NCBI GenBank assembly: GCA_963693365.1
Contig: CAVNZM010000002.1
Span: forward strand, 2,992,259 to 3,056,258
Reading direction: 5' to 3'
Length of the DNA: 64,000 bases
DNA from: Amoebidium appalachense
Lineage: Eukaryota > Protista > Ichthyosporea
The stretch's first letter is position 1. Every line of letters begins with the position of its first letter. Positions 1 through 31,232 of this stretch are shown piece by piece. The position numbers and the translations under genes are program-made. A model generated the notes under the pieces. The model did not search any database and was not told where the DNA came from. It was given only the letters and a program-made list of their open reading frames with translations.

Positions 1-468
1 AAATACCCTTTGGTACGGGGAAAAGATCCGCAAGAAAGGCTAAGGGCGAGGGGAGGAGGTGGGGGGCGGGGGAGGGAAAGCAGGTGAGAAAGGATTGGAA
101 ACGGGAGAGGAGGGGGGGTGGACGGGTGGAAGCGGGGGCAGCAGGGTGAAATGAGGGAAATTTCCAGGACGTTGATTGGTTGGCTCCAATCGGTTAAAAC
201 AAAGGGCTTCAACAAAGGAGTCATTTTTTATTTATTTTAATTTTTTTAAGGTGGAAGGGGGGGGGGGGAGGGGAGGAAGGGGAGGGTGGGGAGGGGGGGG
301 GGGGGGGGGGGGGGGAGAGGAGGAAGGGGAGGGTGGGAGGGAGGGTGGGTGGGTGGGTGGGGGGGGGGGGGCAAAAAGAGCATGTGCGCACGTGTGTGCG
401 CGGGCTGGTGCATCCGTGCATCCGCACATCTGTGTGTGTGGGGGGGCGCGGGTGGGGAGGGGGGGGGG

Positions 469-846
469 TTGAATGCGGAACACGGTACGAAGTACACATA
501 CAAGACGAGAAGCATGGTGCAGGACACATGCAAAAGCAAACATTCAAGCATGCAACATCAGCCATGCGCACCGTATGCGTCATTAGCAGAGCCCCTCCTC
601 AGGGAGGGCCCAAGTCATCAATAGCGTCTGAGTTTCGACCCCTTAGCCCGCGTATATACGACGCTCCAACTCAGACAGCAGCATCAACTGAACTTGGGAG
701 GGTCAACCCGTCTTGATCAAAGACGAGCAGGGTTGCTTATACAAGCAAGGTGAGCAAAAAGATGAAGATGTGTGTGCAAACTAATGCAGTGCAGCGAGAA
801 ATGTGTATGTGCTTACAGATGCACAACACAGAGCAACCATGCCCGG
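469..846. mobile_element. Dispersed structured short element, subfamily A, long copy
   Basis: Near-identical to 28118-28482 and to the reverse-oriented 17718-17971; begins directly after a G run with TTGAATGCGGAACACGGTACGAAGTAC. Confidence 0.8.
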
Positions 847-895
847 CTGCATGGAAGTAAAGCGAAAGGGGGGGGGGGGGGGGGGGGGGGGCTAC

Positions 896-8948
<8,053 letters not shown>

Positions 8949-9060
8949 TTTTGCTGTCTTCAAGCAAATGCTTGGTGGTCGTTAGGCCTGCACGGTGCTT
9001 CCTAAAGCTTTCAAACTGTTCCTTTTGCGGGGATAGTGGCGGCTAGAGAGTCATGGTGTG

Positions 9061-9218
<158 letters not shown>

Positions 9219-9368
9219 ATGTTGTGTGTGTGGGGGGGGGGGGGGCGCATGCATACGTGTGTGCCCACCTGCGTGCGTGTGCATGTGTGTGTGTGTGTTT
9301 GTGTGTGACACTGCGTGTCTGTGTCTGCATGTGTGGTGTGGGTGGTGTGGGTGTGTGAGCGTGTGTAT

Positions 9369-9405
<37 letters not shown>

Positions 9406-9407
9406 AC

Positions 9408-9440
<33 letters not shown>

Positions 9441-10438
9441 ACGCGCGCGTGGCCAGTGTTTCGAGGAGGGAGGTGTATAGGAAGGGGGAAGTGGAATTTA
9501 GGCTTAACCTTTGTACATGTACAGTTTGGTGGCTGTAGGTTAACACGAAGGGGGGTACATGTGGATACGAAACTCTGTATGGCTGCAGGGGATCCAGAGG
9601 ATTGGGGATGGTGGGAGGGGTGCGGCAGCGAAGGCAGGGTATTGCCAACAGTGGGTGGATCCCCGGGGGGCCGGGGGAGGGGGGGGGGAGGCGGGGAGGG
9701 AGGGAGGAGGGGGGGAGGGAGGGGGTGGGGGGGGGGGGGGTCGGGGACTCAGGGACAAAATAAGTAGGGAACTGTTAGGAGGGCTTACGACCGGGATGGA
9801 GGGGAGGGGGGGGGAGGGGGGGGGGGGGGGGGGGGGGAGGTGACTTGGAGTTCTGAAGCAGCGCATTCACATAAAAAGAATACATACAGTACATGGTGCA
9901 GGGTGCTAACGACGAGAGGTGCGGCACGTGTCAGATTCTCTGTGCACGTCTTAAAATGAGCAAACACTAAGAGCAAGAGTCTTACAAGGAGGGTCTCGTG
10001 AGAGGGTTGAAGCGAGTGGTTGTTGGGTGTGAGTTGGGAGGGGAAGCGGGGAGGAGGGGGGGACGGGGAAGAGGGGGAGGAGGGGGAGGAGGAGCAGGAA
10101 GGGGGGAGATGGGGAGGAGGAAAAGGGGGATGGAGGGGGGATCCCAGGGGATGCCTCGGAGGGAAGGGGAAAGTTTGGGGGGTTCCAGGGGGGGGGGGGA
10201 TCCGAAGGTATGGAAAGAAGGGAGCCTCAGGAAGGGATTTGCGAAAGGGGCCCAGCAGGGGAGGGGAGGAGGGGGCACATATTCTCGCAGTGTAAATGTG
10301 CAGAACACAAAAATGTGTGGATGAAAAACGAACATAGAGCATGCATGGGGCAGGTGTTGGTGGAAGACAGTGAAGATGGCGCCGCACAGTGAGCTCTATA
10401 GGTTTTTGGGCCCCACAGACGGGGGGAGGGGGGGAGGG

Positions 10439-10501
<63 letters not shown>

Positions 10502-13500
10502 GGGGGGGGGGGGGGGGGGGGGGGGGCAGACACCGTATAGTCTCAGTTCTACTGGAGTACTAGTCGACAGAGTCAGATAACAGCCAGATGTGAGTAACCA
10601 AGTTGAACAAGGGAGCCCCCCTGGGGTGTTGCAGGCACATAAATTTTGGTAGAGCACATAACCAAAATAGGGGGGGGGGGGGGGGGGGGGGGCATGGGAG
10701 GGGGCGAGAGGGGGGGGCGTGTGTGTCAGTGCCACGGTGTGTGTATGTGTGTGTGTGTGGGGGGGGGGGGGGGGGGGGGGGGGGGAGGCGGGAAGGCGGG
10801 GAGGGGGGAGGGGGGGGAGGGGGGGGGAGGGGGGAGGGGCAGCAACAACAAAAAGCGACGTCACGGTGATATTATAGTCTGCCACCTTAGTAAGTTAGTG
10901 TGTGTGATGCTTTGGTCCAGACCTTAATTCTTAGCTGAAGGATGAATGTCACGACTGCAGCTGCTAGCCTAGCTTTTCGAAAAGTTTGATTCAATGTCAA
11001 CCCAAGCTCGTGCCTGGCCCAATGACTGCGGTAAGACCAAGTTTTTTATACGACTGGCAGATTGAAATAAGCTTAAAGTTTCTCACCTTCACGGAGTCCG
11101 ACCAGGACGAGGCAACCAAGGAAAGTTGACAGCCAACGTCAGGGCGGCATTGGCTGCAGTCACTCACGGCCAAGTTGAACGTCGCTGCGGCCCTCTCGCT
11201 CTCATACCGCCTTCAATTATTCTATTAATGTGTATGCAGTCTCACCGTTTAACGAGTTACTGTCCCTGAAGATGACGCTGGCAACCTAGGCCTCGTGCAA
11301 CAGAAATTATTCAAGGCTTCAAGACCTAGTAGATGGCACGTCTTTCGCCAAAAGGCTCGGTATTACAGTAGCTGCTGCCAGCCAGCCTGTTAGACTAAGT
11401 CTTGGGTGCCACCCATCACACACCACATCATGTACAACGAACACATGTTGAAGCTTCGACGGTCCTGTCAGAGTTTACAATAGGCCGGAGCACTAAATAC
11501 TGCGTCAAGTTGCATCAAGATAATCGATGCATCACTCCCGATCACCCGGCCGAGCTTTTCTTGTGAGAACTTGGCCGTAAGCGGCGGTTGCATACCAGCT
11601 GAGGTGACGCGTGCCGATCGATCGAATACCGAGACACATTATGCCATTAGTCTGGAAGTTTAAAGGAATGCGCATCAAGCACAAATAACGTGACTTCAGT
11701 AAAGCTTTTGCCTCACTGGCATCGATCGAGATCTGCACATCGGCTCCGAGGATCCCAGTCGGATCGATAACCGCCGGGGTGCGTGAATGTGACGTCACGG
11801 GTCTAGCAAAAAGAAAAAAAAGTAACTATACCACTGCCGTACATGAGAAAAGGGCTTCTATACATACAATGTCGCAAATCGCGATCAGACCCATAGCACA
11901 TATATATGTACTGAAAAATATACTATGAATGTAGCATATATAAATTTTTATTTTGTGCGTGGGCACTGATCAGAGGCCGGGCGTGAGGTGTTTGAGTGCT
12001 GGCGCGTTCCCCCAAACCAGATCCAGCCGCCACCTAGACTCCGAGAAAGTTAATCTTGTACGTACTTGCATTCTCGAAAACTCAGAACATTAAACATATT
12101 GATTCCATTGCTCTATATTTAACTAACTACGGTGAAAAACAAGTATTTATGAGAAGCCACATAGATAGTTATTTACTCATGTCACCGATTATTCATGACA
12201 CGCATAATATATGGGGATATATATCAGTGCGCATGGGCATCATATGGGGCCATATGCATATGCCCAGATACATATACAATCACTGACAAATAGAATATGA
12301 TGCTTTTATACCACGGCTAACATGCATTGCAACCACTAAACGCCATCACTGTATGTATGTCGATGATAAAAAATACATTGCCCCTTCAATTAAATCTTGA
12401 TGTTAATGGCTGAAAGTGGAAACTGCTTATTTTTTATCCTTGAGAAAATTATGCTGATAAGACTTTTTTGTGGAGCTACGTTGATGCGATGCATTTCCTC
12501 AAATGTGTGAAACTTTCTCACTAAAAATTCCCCTCAGAAATCAGCAATGCAATAGAATGCACTTAATTTTCTATGTGGTTCAACGTTAACGGCAAAAAGG
12601 TTACCTAGCTGTTAAAAAAAAATATAAAAAAAACTCCCTATTCCCAACCAATAATAATATATTCTGATGCGCATCATAGTAATGTAGTAGGTGATACTTC
12701 TATACAACTCGAATAAAAATCTGTATTTGTGCTTCTCCATGGATCTGTCCAAGATGCGTAACTTTAGCAATTAGCGGGTGCACGTGCGGTAACGGCTCGG
12801 CCAATGGTTTTGTTTAGCCAAGGAATGCAGGATATGTTTACTCAGTGCACCTACTGTTGGCAGTCGGTTCCCTCGATACTGTACATCAATAACCCACAGG
12901 CCAATCAGATATTTAAATTGAGTTAGGAAAGCCGAATTTATTTATAGGTTCTACGGCTTCTCAAATTTTCAGATTTTTTTGACCCAAATCGGGCCTATGA
13001 AATATCAAAACTGGTCGACATGACCTCTACATGACGCACACAAAGAATTACAGTATCGAGGGAGATGTACGGGCACTTTGATGTTCATGATTCTGAATTT
13101 CTGAGGATACTTGTACATGCATTCTTGGAACCCCAATTAGAACCCCCTTTTGGCGAAAGTTATCCCGCTGGTATCCACGTTCCTCAGGGAAAGTTCAATT
13201 TAGATTTCCCTTGGCCCAATCACAAGGGGCCGAGGGGGGTCTACCCTGAGATCAGCAATGTTTTCGGCTATCTCACGGTTGTCACACACTCCCGACGGGT
13301 CATTTACCCACAAGAGTCACTTCCTCACCAGAACGCGTGGAGCTGGCAGTGTGATTGCTATATGACTTAGTTGCAAGGGCAAACGATTTGTTTTTTGCAG
13401 TCTTGGAACAAAGGTTTGCTGTTTCATGCAATTGCAGCACAGAGTTTGTGTAAAACTTCTAATCTTTAGGCAAGGTATTGGGTGCATGCTGCTAGCAGCA

Positions 13501-15260
13501 TCCGTGGAACTGTTCAACCACTATAGGTGCCCCACGTGTCAATGTTGGCAAACGGGCCCGAGGATAAGTTAGTAACTGTAACAGTTTGCAAGAGCGAATT
13601 CTTAACGATCATAGGTAAACCCGGCTTGAATCCATAGTGCCAGCGGGCTGAAAAGTAACAGAACTTGTACTACATCGTTACCCACTGGGAGGCGGCAGAT
13701 GGCACCGTGACATTCTTGCCAGTCTACTTGTTGCTCCAAAAAGTTAAACCTCCGAGTTTCGGCACAACACGGGGTCGCAACTCCCAGACTGAGTAAACTG
13801 TACGGGAGGGGCTTAAAGCTTTAAAGCCTGCTCTTTTTTTGGACTGCCTGCTGCACAGCTCACTTAAGGTAAGCCTCCTTACTAACAGATGCTTCAAGCA
13901 ACGTTCCCCCGATTAAATTTGTCTTTGAGACATCATCGGACCCAATACCCTTCCACAGCGTAAGCGTGCAAGTTCTCTGACTTGCTTGCCGTTCGAGCTG
14001 GTCACCTTGGTCTGACTCTGTAGAACGTGCCAGGCATTAAATTGGTAGTCATGCTGCTTTTTTGTGATCCGGCACGGCTACTGGTCGTGCATACTGGTGA
14101 CTAATAAATTTTAAGACATGCTGAGCACTTCCGTGAGCAAGTTCGATTGAATCATCGACGGCCCTGTTATTCGTTTTTCGCACGCCGCCCCTAGATTAGA
14201 AAATTTTGGTGGTGCACGACCAAGGTGTGGAAATTGGGTACCCGGTTGCCCTTACCTGGGGCTTGCATTCGAGTGGGGCGTATATATATGGCTGGTAAAG
14301 TTTTGAGACTCATATATGCATTAGTGGGCGGCATCAGATGCAGCATGACGCGGCGGCTGCCGTAAGGTAAACTTTGTTGCCAGCTCAGTTAATAGGGTAA
14401 CTTTCAAGTTATTGGTAGCAAAAAACACAGCTGGTGGTTCACATCCGTTTTCGAATCGGCCCGTGACCGAAAACCAACCCTTTACGACACCCGGCAGTAG
14501 ACCTGCCGAGCTACTACATTCGAAGTTGCTGAGAGCCCGAGTGTAAGAAGGCCAACAGTTACTAAGATTGCCAACTCAGCACTATCCAACAGCTGATGTT
14601 GCTGCCGCTTGGTTTGCTGGTTCACACTTTTGAAGAAGGTCAAGCAAGAGTTTAGCCGACCCTTCTATGTAGTGACTACCATGATTGAAATAAGATCACT
14701 AGACTAAGATATGCTGAAATCTGGCGCCACAAATGGCCGCAAGCCGAAAAAGCTGACTTGAGTAACGAGCTTTCGGACCCCATATCTTATGGTCGGCAGA
14801 TGGCGCCAAAAACACAAGTGCCTATGATCTGCTGCTGCCTGGAGGAGATGAGGTTCTGTGCCATTGCGAGACTCCTGGTTTAGATTCTTGAATTAGGACC
14901 TAGTGGTATGAACGTGACATTGTGCGGCTGTGCGCCGTGTTCAGCCACAGCTCCACAGCTACTCGGGCAGGACAAGCGGTACTAGTGTATAGTATGTACT
15001 CTGGCCGCGACTAGTAATGATATCCAATTTGTTCGTCTATTATTCTTAGCACCTTAAGTTTTGTCTTGCACTCCTCCCTCCACTCCTTACTGTCCCCCCC
15101 TTGAGGTTCTATCCGTTCCGAGTCTTGTGGCCTTGAAGTTCGGCCTTGAGTAGTTTTTAGATGACAATTACGACGGTGGCACCACCCGTAAGCTTCAACG
15201 GAGGGCCATGCATGAATCTTTACTTCTTACTTTGTAACACCTTCTCATCCCCTGTACATG

Positions 15261-15312
<52 letters not shown>

Positions 15313-15459
15313 TGAAAGGCTTTGCTTTCTATCTTTCGCGCAGCCCCAATTAACTCGGCTTGGCATATGTCATGGTGCTAATCAAAACGTGACCTGGCTT
15401 GTTCTGGCCTCTCAGCCTGGACGAAGTGATCATGATGTCTGTAATATCAAACCCCTGAA

Positions 15460-15517
15460 AGGGGTCACCCGCAAGTTGCATATATTTGCATATATTTACA
15501 AGTTGCGGGTGACCCCT
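15460..15517. other. 58-nt hairpin / inverted repeat
   Basis: AGGGGTCACCCGCAA ... TTGCGGGTGACCCCT perfect 15-bp arms, with further imperfect pairing inside. Confidence 0.8.
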
Positions 15518-15899
15518 AGTCCTGAACATGCCTTGTATGTGGGTCTAGAGATTTCCGGTGGTGTTTTCTCTTTTAGGCCGCACACGTCACGTTCTTTGCC
15601 TGTGACAATGTGGCATGTGTAAGGGATACGACATAAATGATTTAAGCACACGGATTGAGGCTTGTGCGTGCACGTGTGCTTGCTTATTGATGACGTTGCA
15701 CTCAAGGTTTGGATGCGTGCATGTGTAAGAGCCTTCGCGGCTTTTATACTAGGTATAGAACAAGAAGCAAGAAAAAATGGATTTCAGGTGGGGCCCCGGC
15801 AAGGCCCCCGGGTGGTTTCTCAGAGAGAGTGAGGGTGTGGTGTTCACACGGTGTTGGAATGATGGTGGTGAGGTACCTTGCGTTTATGTGTGTGTGTGT

Positions 15900-15934
<35 letters not shown>

Positions 15935-16517
15935 ATCCCGCGAGGGCCTCAGCGTTGGTGTTTTCGTACGCGCACATGCATGGCTAGTTTTCCTGCCGAA
16001 ATCTGTTGCTCCCTTTTTCTTTTCTTGCTGCTTAATGATATACATACCCCATTGCAGAGCCGCTGAGTTCTAACCTTAATCTTCATCAGGCCCAGGTTGG
16101 TGAGTGTCTGCCCTCCAAGAAGTCCAACCCGAGCAAAGCCCACACAAAGCGCAAAATCCGGTGAGTCACACTCAGTCTGGCAGCCTGCAACAACCTTTCA
16201 GGTGACGTATTGCCAACCGTAAGTTACGCATTTCGGCCTGGTGACACGGTACCATCTGTCAGATTGTTTACGGCTCCGGCGGCTCAGCCAACATCTCATT
16301 GCTGTAAGCATGGGGTCGGACTAATCTTTTCGGATTAGCCACCAACGGTTTTATATATCACGCTGCGCGCGGATGACCATTTATAGTCTTGTGTAGGGTT
16401 ACATTATGGGAGGTGACCCTTGGTTCTTGCACAGGTTAATAGTATGCGCCAACCCAACTTTGGCGCTGAGACTTTTGCCTCAACATGATCATGTGGCGCT
16501 GAGACTTTTGCCCCAAC

Positions 16518-25115
<8,598 letters not shown>

Positions 25116-26894
25116 CACCACACAGAGTGCAGAGTTCGATTCCCCCGCAAGTTGTCGGACGTAAACTTGTAAGAGTTAGTGAATTTGCCTAGTGAGAATC
25201 ATTTAACGGTTGTGTGTTCAAAATTTTTACTGTGGATGCATGAACAACAACACTGGGCCGGGCGGACTCCGATTTACTTGAACTCGGTGCAATCACGGGC
25301 CCTGCACGTGACACCGAACCAATCATTGATCGTTGTGGGATTTGGTATCGATAACTTCAACATGACATACTTAAAATATAGTGTGTTTTAGTAACCTTGC
25401 AAGTTCTGTGGATTGCAAATAATGTTTCACGCGTCTCTGTTTACTGAACTTCCCCAGTGTCACAACCATATTCAGTCAGCACCGAGTCTAATAAATTTGT
25501 ATAGTATATCAATAATGAATTTAACCTTTGCTTGTCTCTTTTGTCATTTTTCAAGTTCCAATTGCAACGGGAATTCAACGACCCTTGGCTCACTGTGACA
25601 TGATAATCTTTCTTCCAGTTTTGTTGTACCACATGCACTCAGCGGCGTATCGTGATTCTACATAGTATCAATGATGATCATGATATAATAAATATATCTG
25701 GATTAGGCTACCCAAATAGGGTACGGGTCCGGCAGGCTGAAAAGGTTTTTTAAGGGGCCTTAACTTAAAGGAGTCCTTAAGTTCAACGATAGTATTAGGC
25801 TACGACTGTCAGTCATGAAATTTGCTGATTCAAATTCGTATATTTGTTGCTTTGCTTTTATTCTATAATAGTGTACTGCATTTTTCATTGCCTGCATCTA
25901 CCAATGATTTAGTGTATAAAGTGCATTTAAAAGTATTTCAATCATTATCTTTTCATTTTGAATTGCCTCTGCTTGTCACTTTACAAATTATTTTATCTTA
26001 TTTTGGTTTATTTATTTTTTATATCCTCCATCCCAGGTGATACTATCACAGTATCATGCTTTTGTGTTATCATGTGGCCTGATTCAGATTAAACGTACTG
26101 CTACAGTGATGAATTTCATAACGGCACAAGGCCTCCTAAAATACATTGATGCTTTAAGGGTTTTACGTCGTATTTATTGGTTCCTGATCTATATATATCA
26201 TATAGTAAATAAGTTATGTTATTGACCTTTTTGTCCCGCCAATGATTTCTCTGTGTTAAAATTATCAGTAACATGCAAACGGTTGTGATCATCGCCCCAC
26301 CAGTGACCAGGCGGCCTGTGTGTATATCGAGCCTGATTTGAACAATGATAAAAGGGAAGCTGCGGCTTGAATTCAAAGCGGGCCCCCCGCCCCCCCGGGA
26401 GATCGAAGAGTCCCAAAGTAGAGGCTCGCAAGATCCCGGCTTCCCAGTTTAAGTCCGACATGACTGAGTGGTCTTTACCCAATAGAACTTGTTCTTTAAA
26501 GACGAGTAAAGGGTGTGTTTCAGTGGCAGCGGCGCACTAAATGCGCCAGCCTGAGGTTTAAAAATCTCATCATATTTTCGTGCATCATGCGGCGAAGTTG
26601 TGGCTCGCTTTAATTAATCATAAGTAGTAGTAAGTAATAGTAAATCACCTTGATTGCCACTCGCTTTTAAGATAACAGGTACTAGGTTTAGAGTCTAATA
26701 TCTTAAGGTTTCTTGGACAGTCACTGAGGGTTCATTATCTAATCCTCCCTCCCCCCTTCCCCCCCAAACACACACACACCCTGTGTTTGGGTCCTTATTC
26801 TGCTTATTCTGGGCTGTGGGAGGTTTTTTTTTTTTCTTCTTTTTTTTTTTTTTGTGGTGGTGGTGGTGCCGGAGGGAGACACATACACGCGCAC

Positions 26895-27683
<789 letters not shown>

Positions 27684-27917
27684 CGCAGAGAAAGGCGCAT
27701 AGAGCCAGGGACACGTGGCCGAGCACCGTGGGCCCATTAATCGTAAACTGTTTCACTATTTCTTAGCCGGTTGCACACACACATACACACCGTACACACA
27801 CACACACACACACACACACCTCACAAACACACACACAGACACACACAGACACACACACCACACACACACACACACACACAGGTACACACCGTCACACACA
27901 CACACACACACACACCG

Positions 27918-27952
<35 letters not shown>

Positions 27953-28117
27953 GTGGACAGGACACCCCCCCCCCCCCCCCCTGTAGATTGGCAACGTTAA
28001 CAAAGCACAAGCTTCCGGAGGACTTCAAGTTAATCAGAAAAGAGATATTATCTGCTGGGGGGGGGGGGGGGGGGGGGGGAGGGGGGGAGGGGGGGGGGGG
28101 GGGAGGGGGGGGGGGGG

Positions 28118-28482
28118 TTTGGAATGCGGAACACGGTACGAAGTACGCATACACGAAGGACACATGCAAAGGCAAACATTCAAGTATGCAACATAGCCAA
28201 TGCGCGCAGTATGCGTCATAAGCAGAGCCCATCCTCAGGGAGGGCCCAAGTCATCAATTGCGTCTGAGTTTCGACCCCTTAGCCTGCGTATATACGACTC
28301 TCCAACTCAGACAGCAGCATCAACTGAACTTGGGAGGGTCAACCCGTCTTGATCAAAGACGAGCAGGGTTGCGTATGCAAACAAGATGAGCAAAACGGTG
28401 AATATGTGTGGGCAAACTAATGCAGTGCAGCGGAAAATGCGTATGTGCTTACAGATGCACGACACAGAGCAACCATGCCCGG
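28118..28482. mobile_element. Subfamily A long copy
   Basis: Colinear with 469-846 up to CAACCATGCCCGG; preceded by a long G run and followed by a short G run. Confidence 0.8.
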
Positions 28483-28888
28483 GGGGGAGGACCATGGCTG
28501 CAAGTTCAAGTGGCTGCAGCAGATAATCCCAAGTATGCTATTTCTTTTCTGATCACTGAGCTTGAAGTTCGCCGGAAGAAAAAATTGTCTCGTTACCAAT
28601 CAACAGACCGAAAAAGCAAATGTGTGTGTGTGTGTGTGTGTGTGGCACGGTGTGTGTGTCAGTATATCAAGGGAGTCCCACTGCTCCACTGGACCACAAA
28701 TAAGACCGAGTCTTTCAGCCTGCAGCTGTTAAACAGGCCACGTGATTATGACATTGATGCGTATACGCAGACGGCATACCGTCAATAAGCCTGTGGGGTC
28801 ACGGTCACTGCTACAGTGGTACGGACAGCCTGCCAGTCTAGACATAGAGTTTTGTTACTAAGGTTCCTGGCCCATGTTGGATAATCAA

Positions 28889-28929
<41 letters not shown>

Positions 28930-31232
28930 TCCCCCCTGGTTGCGTGTGTCTGCACCCAGCCCGGGTCAAGAAAAACAACAGGAAGTTGAAGGGCAATACC
29001 TCAGTACAGTTACCGTGGCCCGGTGTGGCAAGGTAAATGCGCCACACCGCCACCGTGTGCGGCACCGTGCGGTGCACATGCTAGTAGTACTCGGGGGTGT
29101 GCGTGTGGGTGAAGTTTGTGTGTCAATATGGGTGTGTGTTGACAATGTGCAACGGTTTGTGTGGCACCGTCACCATCGTTGCTTCATGTTGTGTGTATGT
29201 ATGACTCAGTGTGTGTGTGTGTGACGTATACGGTGTGTACACATGCGTGTGTGTGCCGTGTGTGCATGAGTGTGTGGAAGGCATTAGTTGATGTGTCACG
29301 GTGTGTCTTTGTACATGCGTGACTAGCCTAGCTATAGGGGCGCGAACAGTGCATGTGCGCGCACGCAAGTGTGTCTGTGTGTATATATGTGTCACGGCCG
29401 TGTGTACACGTGCCTGAGCCCAAGGTTGAGTAGCGCACGAGCATGCATATGGGGCCGTGGTGTGCTGGTGTTTTGTCATGTGGCGTGCATGCTGGCATGT
29501 AGGTGCCTACGGCACGGCAGGTGGCCCGATGTATCATGTTGCCCACCCATCGTGGTCTCCTCATGATCGGGTCAACACATGATAATCATGATGTCAACAC
29601 ATGCTTGACGTGCCCGTCTGCGATAAACAGTGGACTAGATTAGGTATTACCGTAAATACGAGTGCACCCCATCGGAGAATCATTATGAGGCCCTCAATGA
29701 TAATGATGCTTCGGGTGTGCTCGTAATGATAGTACGACAATCCCGTTCAGAGGTTTGTGCACATGTACATGTTGGTAGTATGTTTTGAAATAAAGTACCA
29801 GTAAATAAGGTTTTGGAGAAGGAGAAGGTGGTTGCTGTGCTGAGCCTCGATAAACGCATATGCATAGCATGACGGACTCGTCCGATTTTGCACTTGCACG
29901 AGTCGGGCCTGGGGAGCCCACTTTCCGGGCTCGGCCCGCCCTTTGATTTGGTGCAATAGAGCCTCCGGGGTGAGCAATTTCGCTCACTTCGGAATCAAAG
30001 AAGATCTAGAACCGGAAATGGCCAGAAACATGGAGTGAGTGGGCTCGTTTCGAAGACATTCAGTAGTAGTTTGTTCGCCACCCCCGTTCAGCTTTGTTGG
30101 AGAAGCTGGGCCCTCAATGCCAAGTTCAAGGAAGTTCCAACAGGTTGTTCCGTCCAAGATCGACCGAGGGCCGTCATCTAAACTTCTCGTGCGTCCAAGA
30201 TTGAATAGATACAGGGTGAGATTTTACTGCAGCATGCACTCATCCTTCATTCAGTATTTATAGACACGCTTCACTCTTATTCCCCGTTCTTGTCCCGTGG
30301 TGTGCTTGTGCCAGTGTTTGCCTACATGTGTGGTTGCCATTCAAGACCGCCTCAGTTGCCAACGGCAAGAAGTGTGTGCGCGCGTTATGTTACATTTTTG
30401 CCTGCCTTATAAGGCAAGCCATTTGGAGCCACTGAGTGCCAATGCTCTTACCCAAAACATGATTCTGTAAATTTAAAAAGAACCCCAAATTTGTACAATA
30501 AAAGCCCCATAGTATTGTAAAATGTTCCAAATTATCAAATCACTGTGAATGCGTAAATATAGTTGGATTTATGGGAGGTGCGCGGTAAGCCAATCAGCGC
30601 AACACTCCTCGAAGTCGATACAGACAGTGGCTCGAGGAGACGAAGTGAGAAACGAACACACAAAAAAACGTAGCAGTTTTTAGAATCTGATGTGAGCACA
30701 TCTTGTGTGAGAACACCTAGTTATAGGCTTGTTGTGAAAGTGCTTTAAGGCAAAGGCGTTTTGAGTGTGTAGTTTGTTGCTAGCAGCGAGAGAGTGCACG
30801 TAGGAGACTAGTCCGGTTTTAATCGTTGAAGATCTGGAGGAGTGAAAGCTCAGGGGGTATCAGGAAACTCGATGTGAAGGGGAGACATAGAGAAAATCTT
30901 TTATATATACCCACACCTGCCAGGACTAGGGGAAAAAAAATTCCGAGGTTCTACGGTTATATTAGCGCTCATGGGAATCAAGTAGAAACGTCTTAATAGC
31001 ACCCACTACAGATCCTTTCTGCTCACCTTATTGAGAAGTGTTGCTGCGAAGCTTTCTCTGCCCTTCGCTTTGAGGTCCTATACTGTACTTGTATACGAAA
31101 CAGGCCGACTCTGCAACTACGGAGATGCGGCGTTTGAGGCTCTAGGGGCCTATAACTGAATGAACTGCTTCTTCTTCTTTTTTTTTCAATTCATGTGGCT
31201 CTTGTTCCTCGATAATTTCCACGCACGTGAAC

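Noticed and set aside
13065-13370. 101-aa ORF in the repeat-free block
   Set aside because: No recognisable motifs or splice context; length compatible with chance.
13900-13950. U7 snRNA candidate (AAATTTGTCTTTG Sm-like site)
   Set aside because: No upstream complement to the histone downstream motif and no convincing 3' hairpin.
28205-28285. Hammerhead ribozyme in the dispersed element (GAAAC ... CTGAGGA on the reverse strand)
   Set aside because: Core words are present but stems II and III cannot be formed properly.
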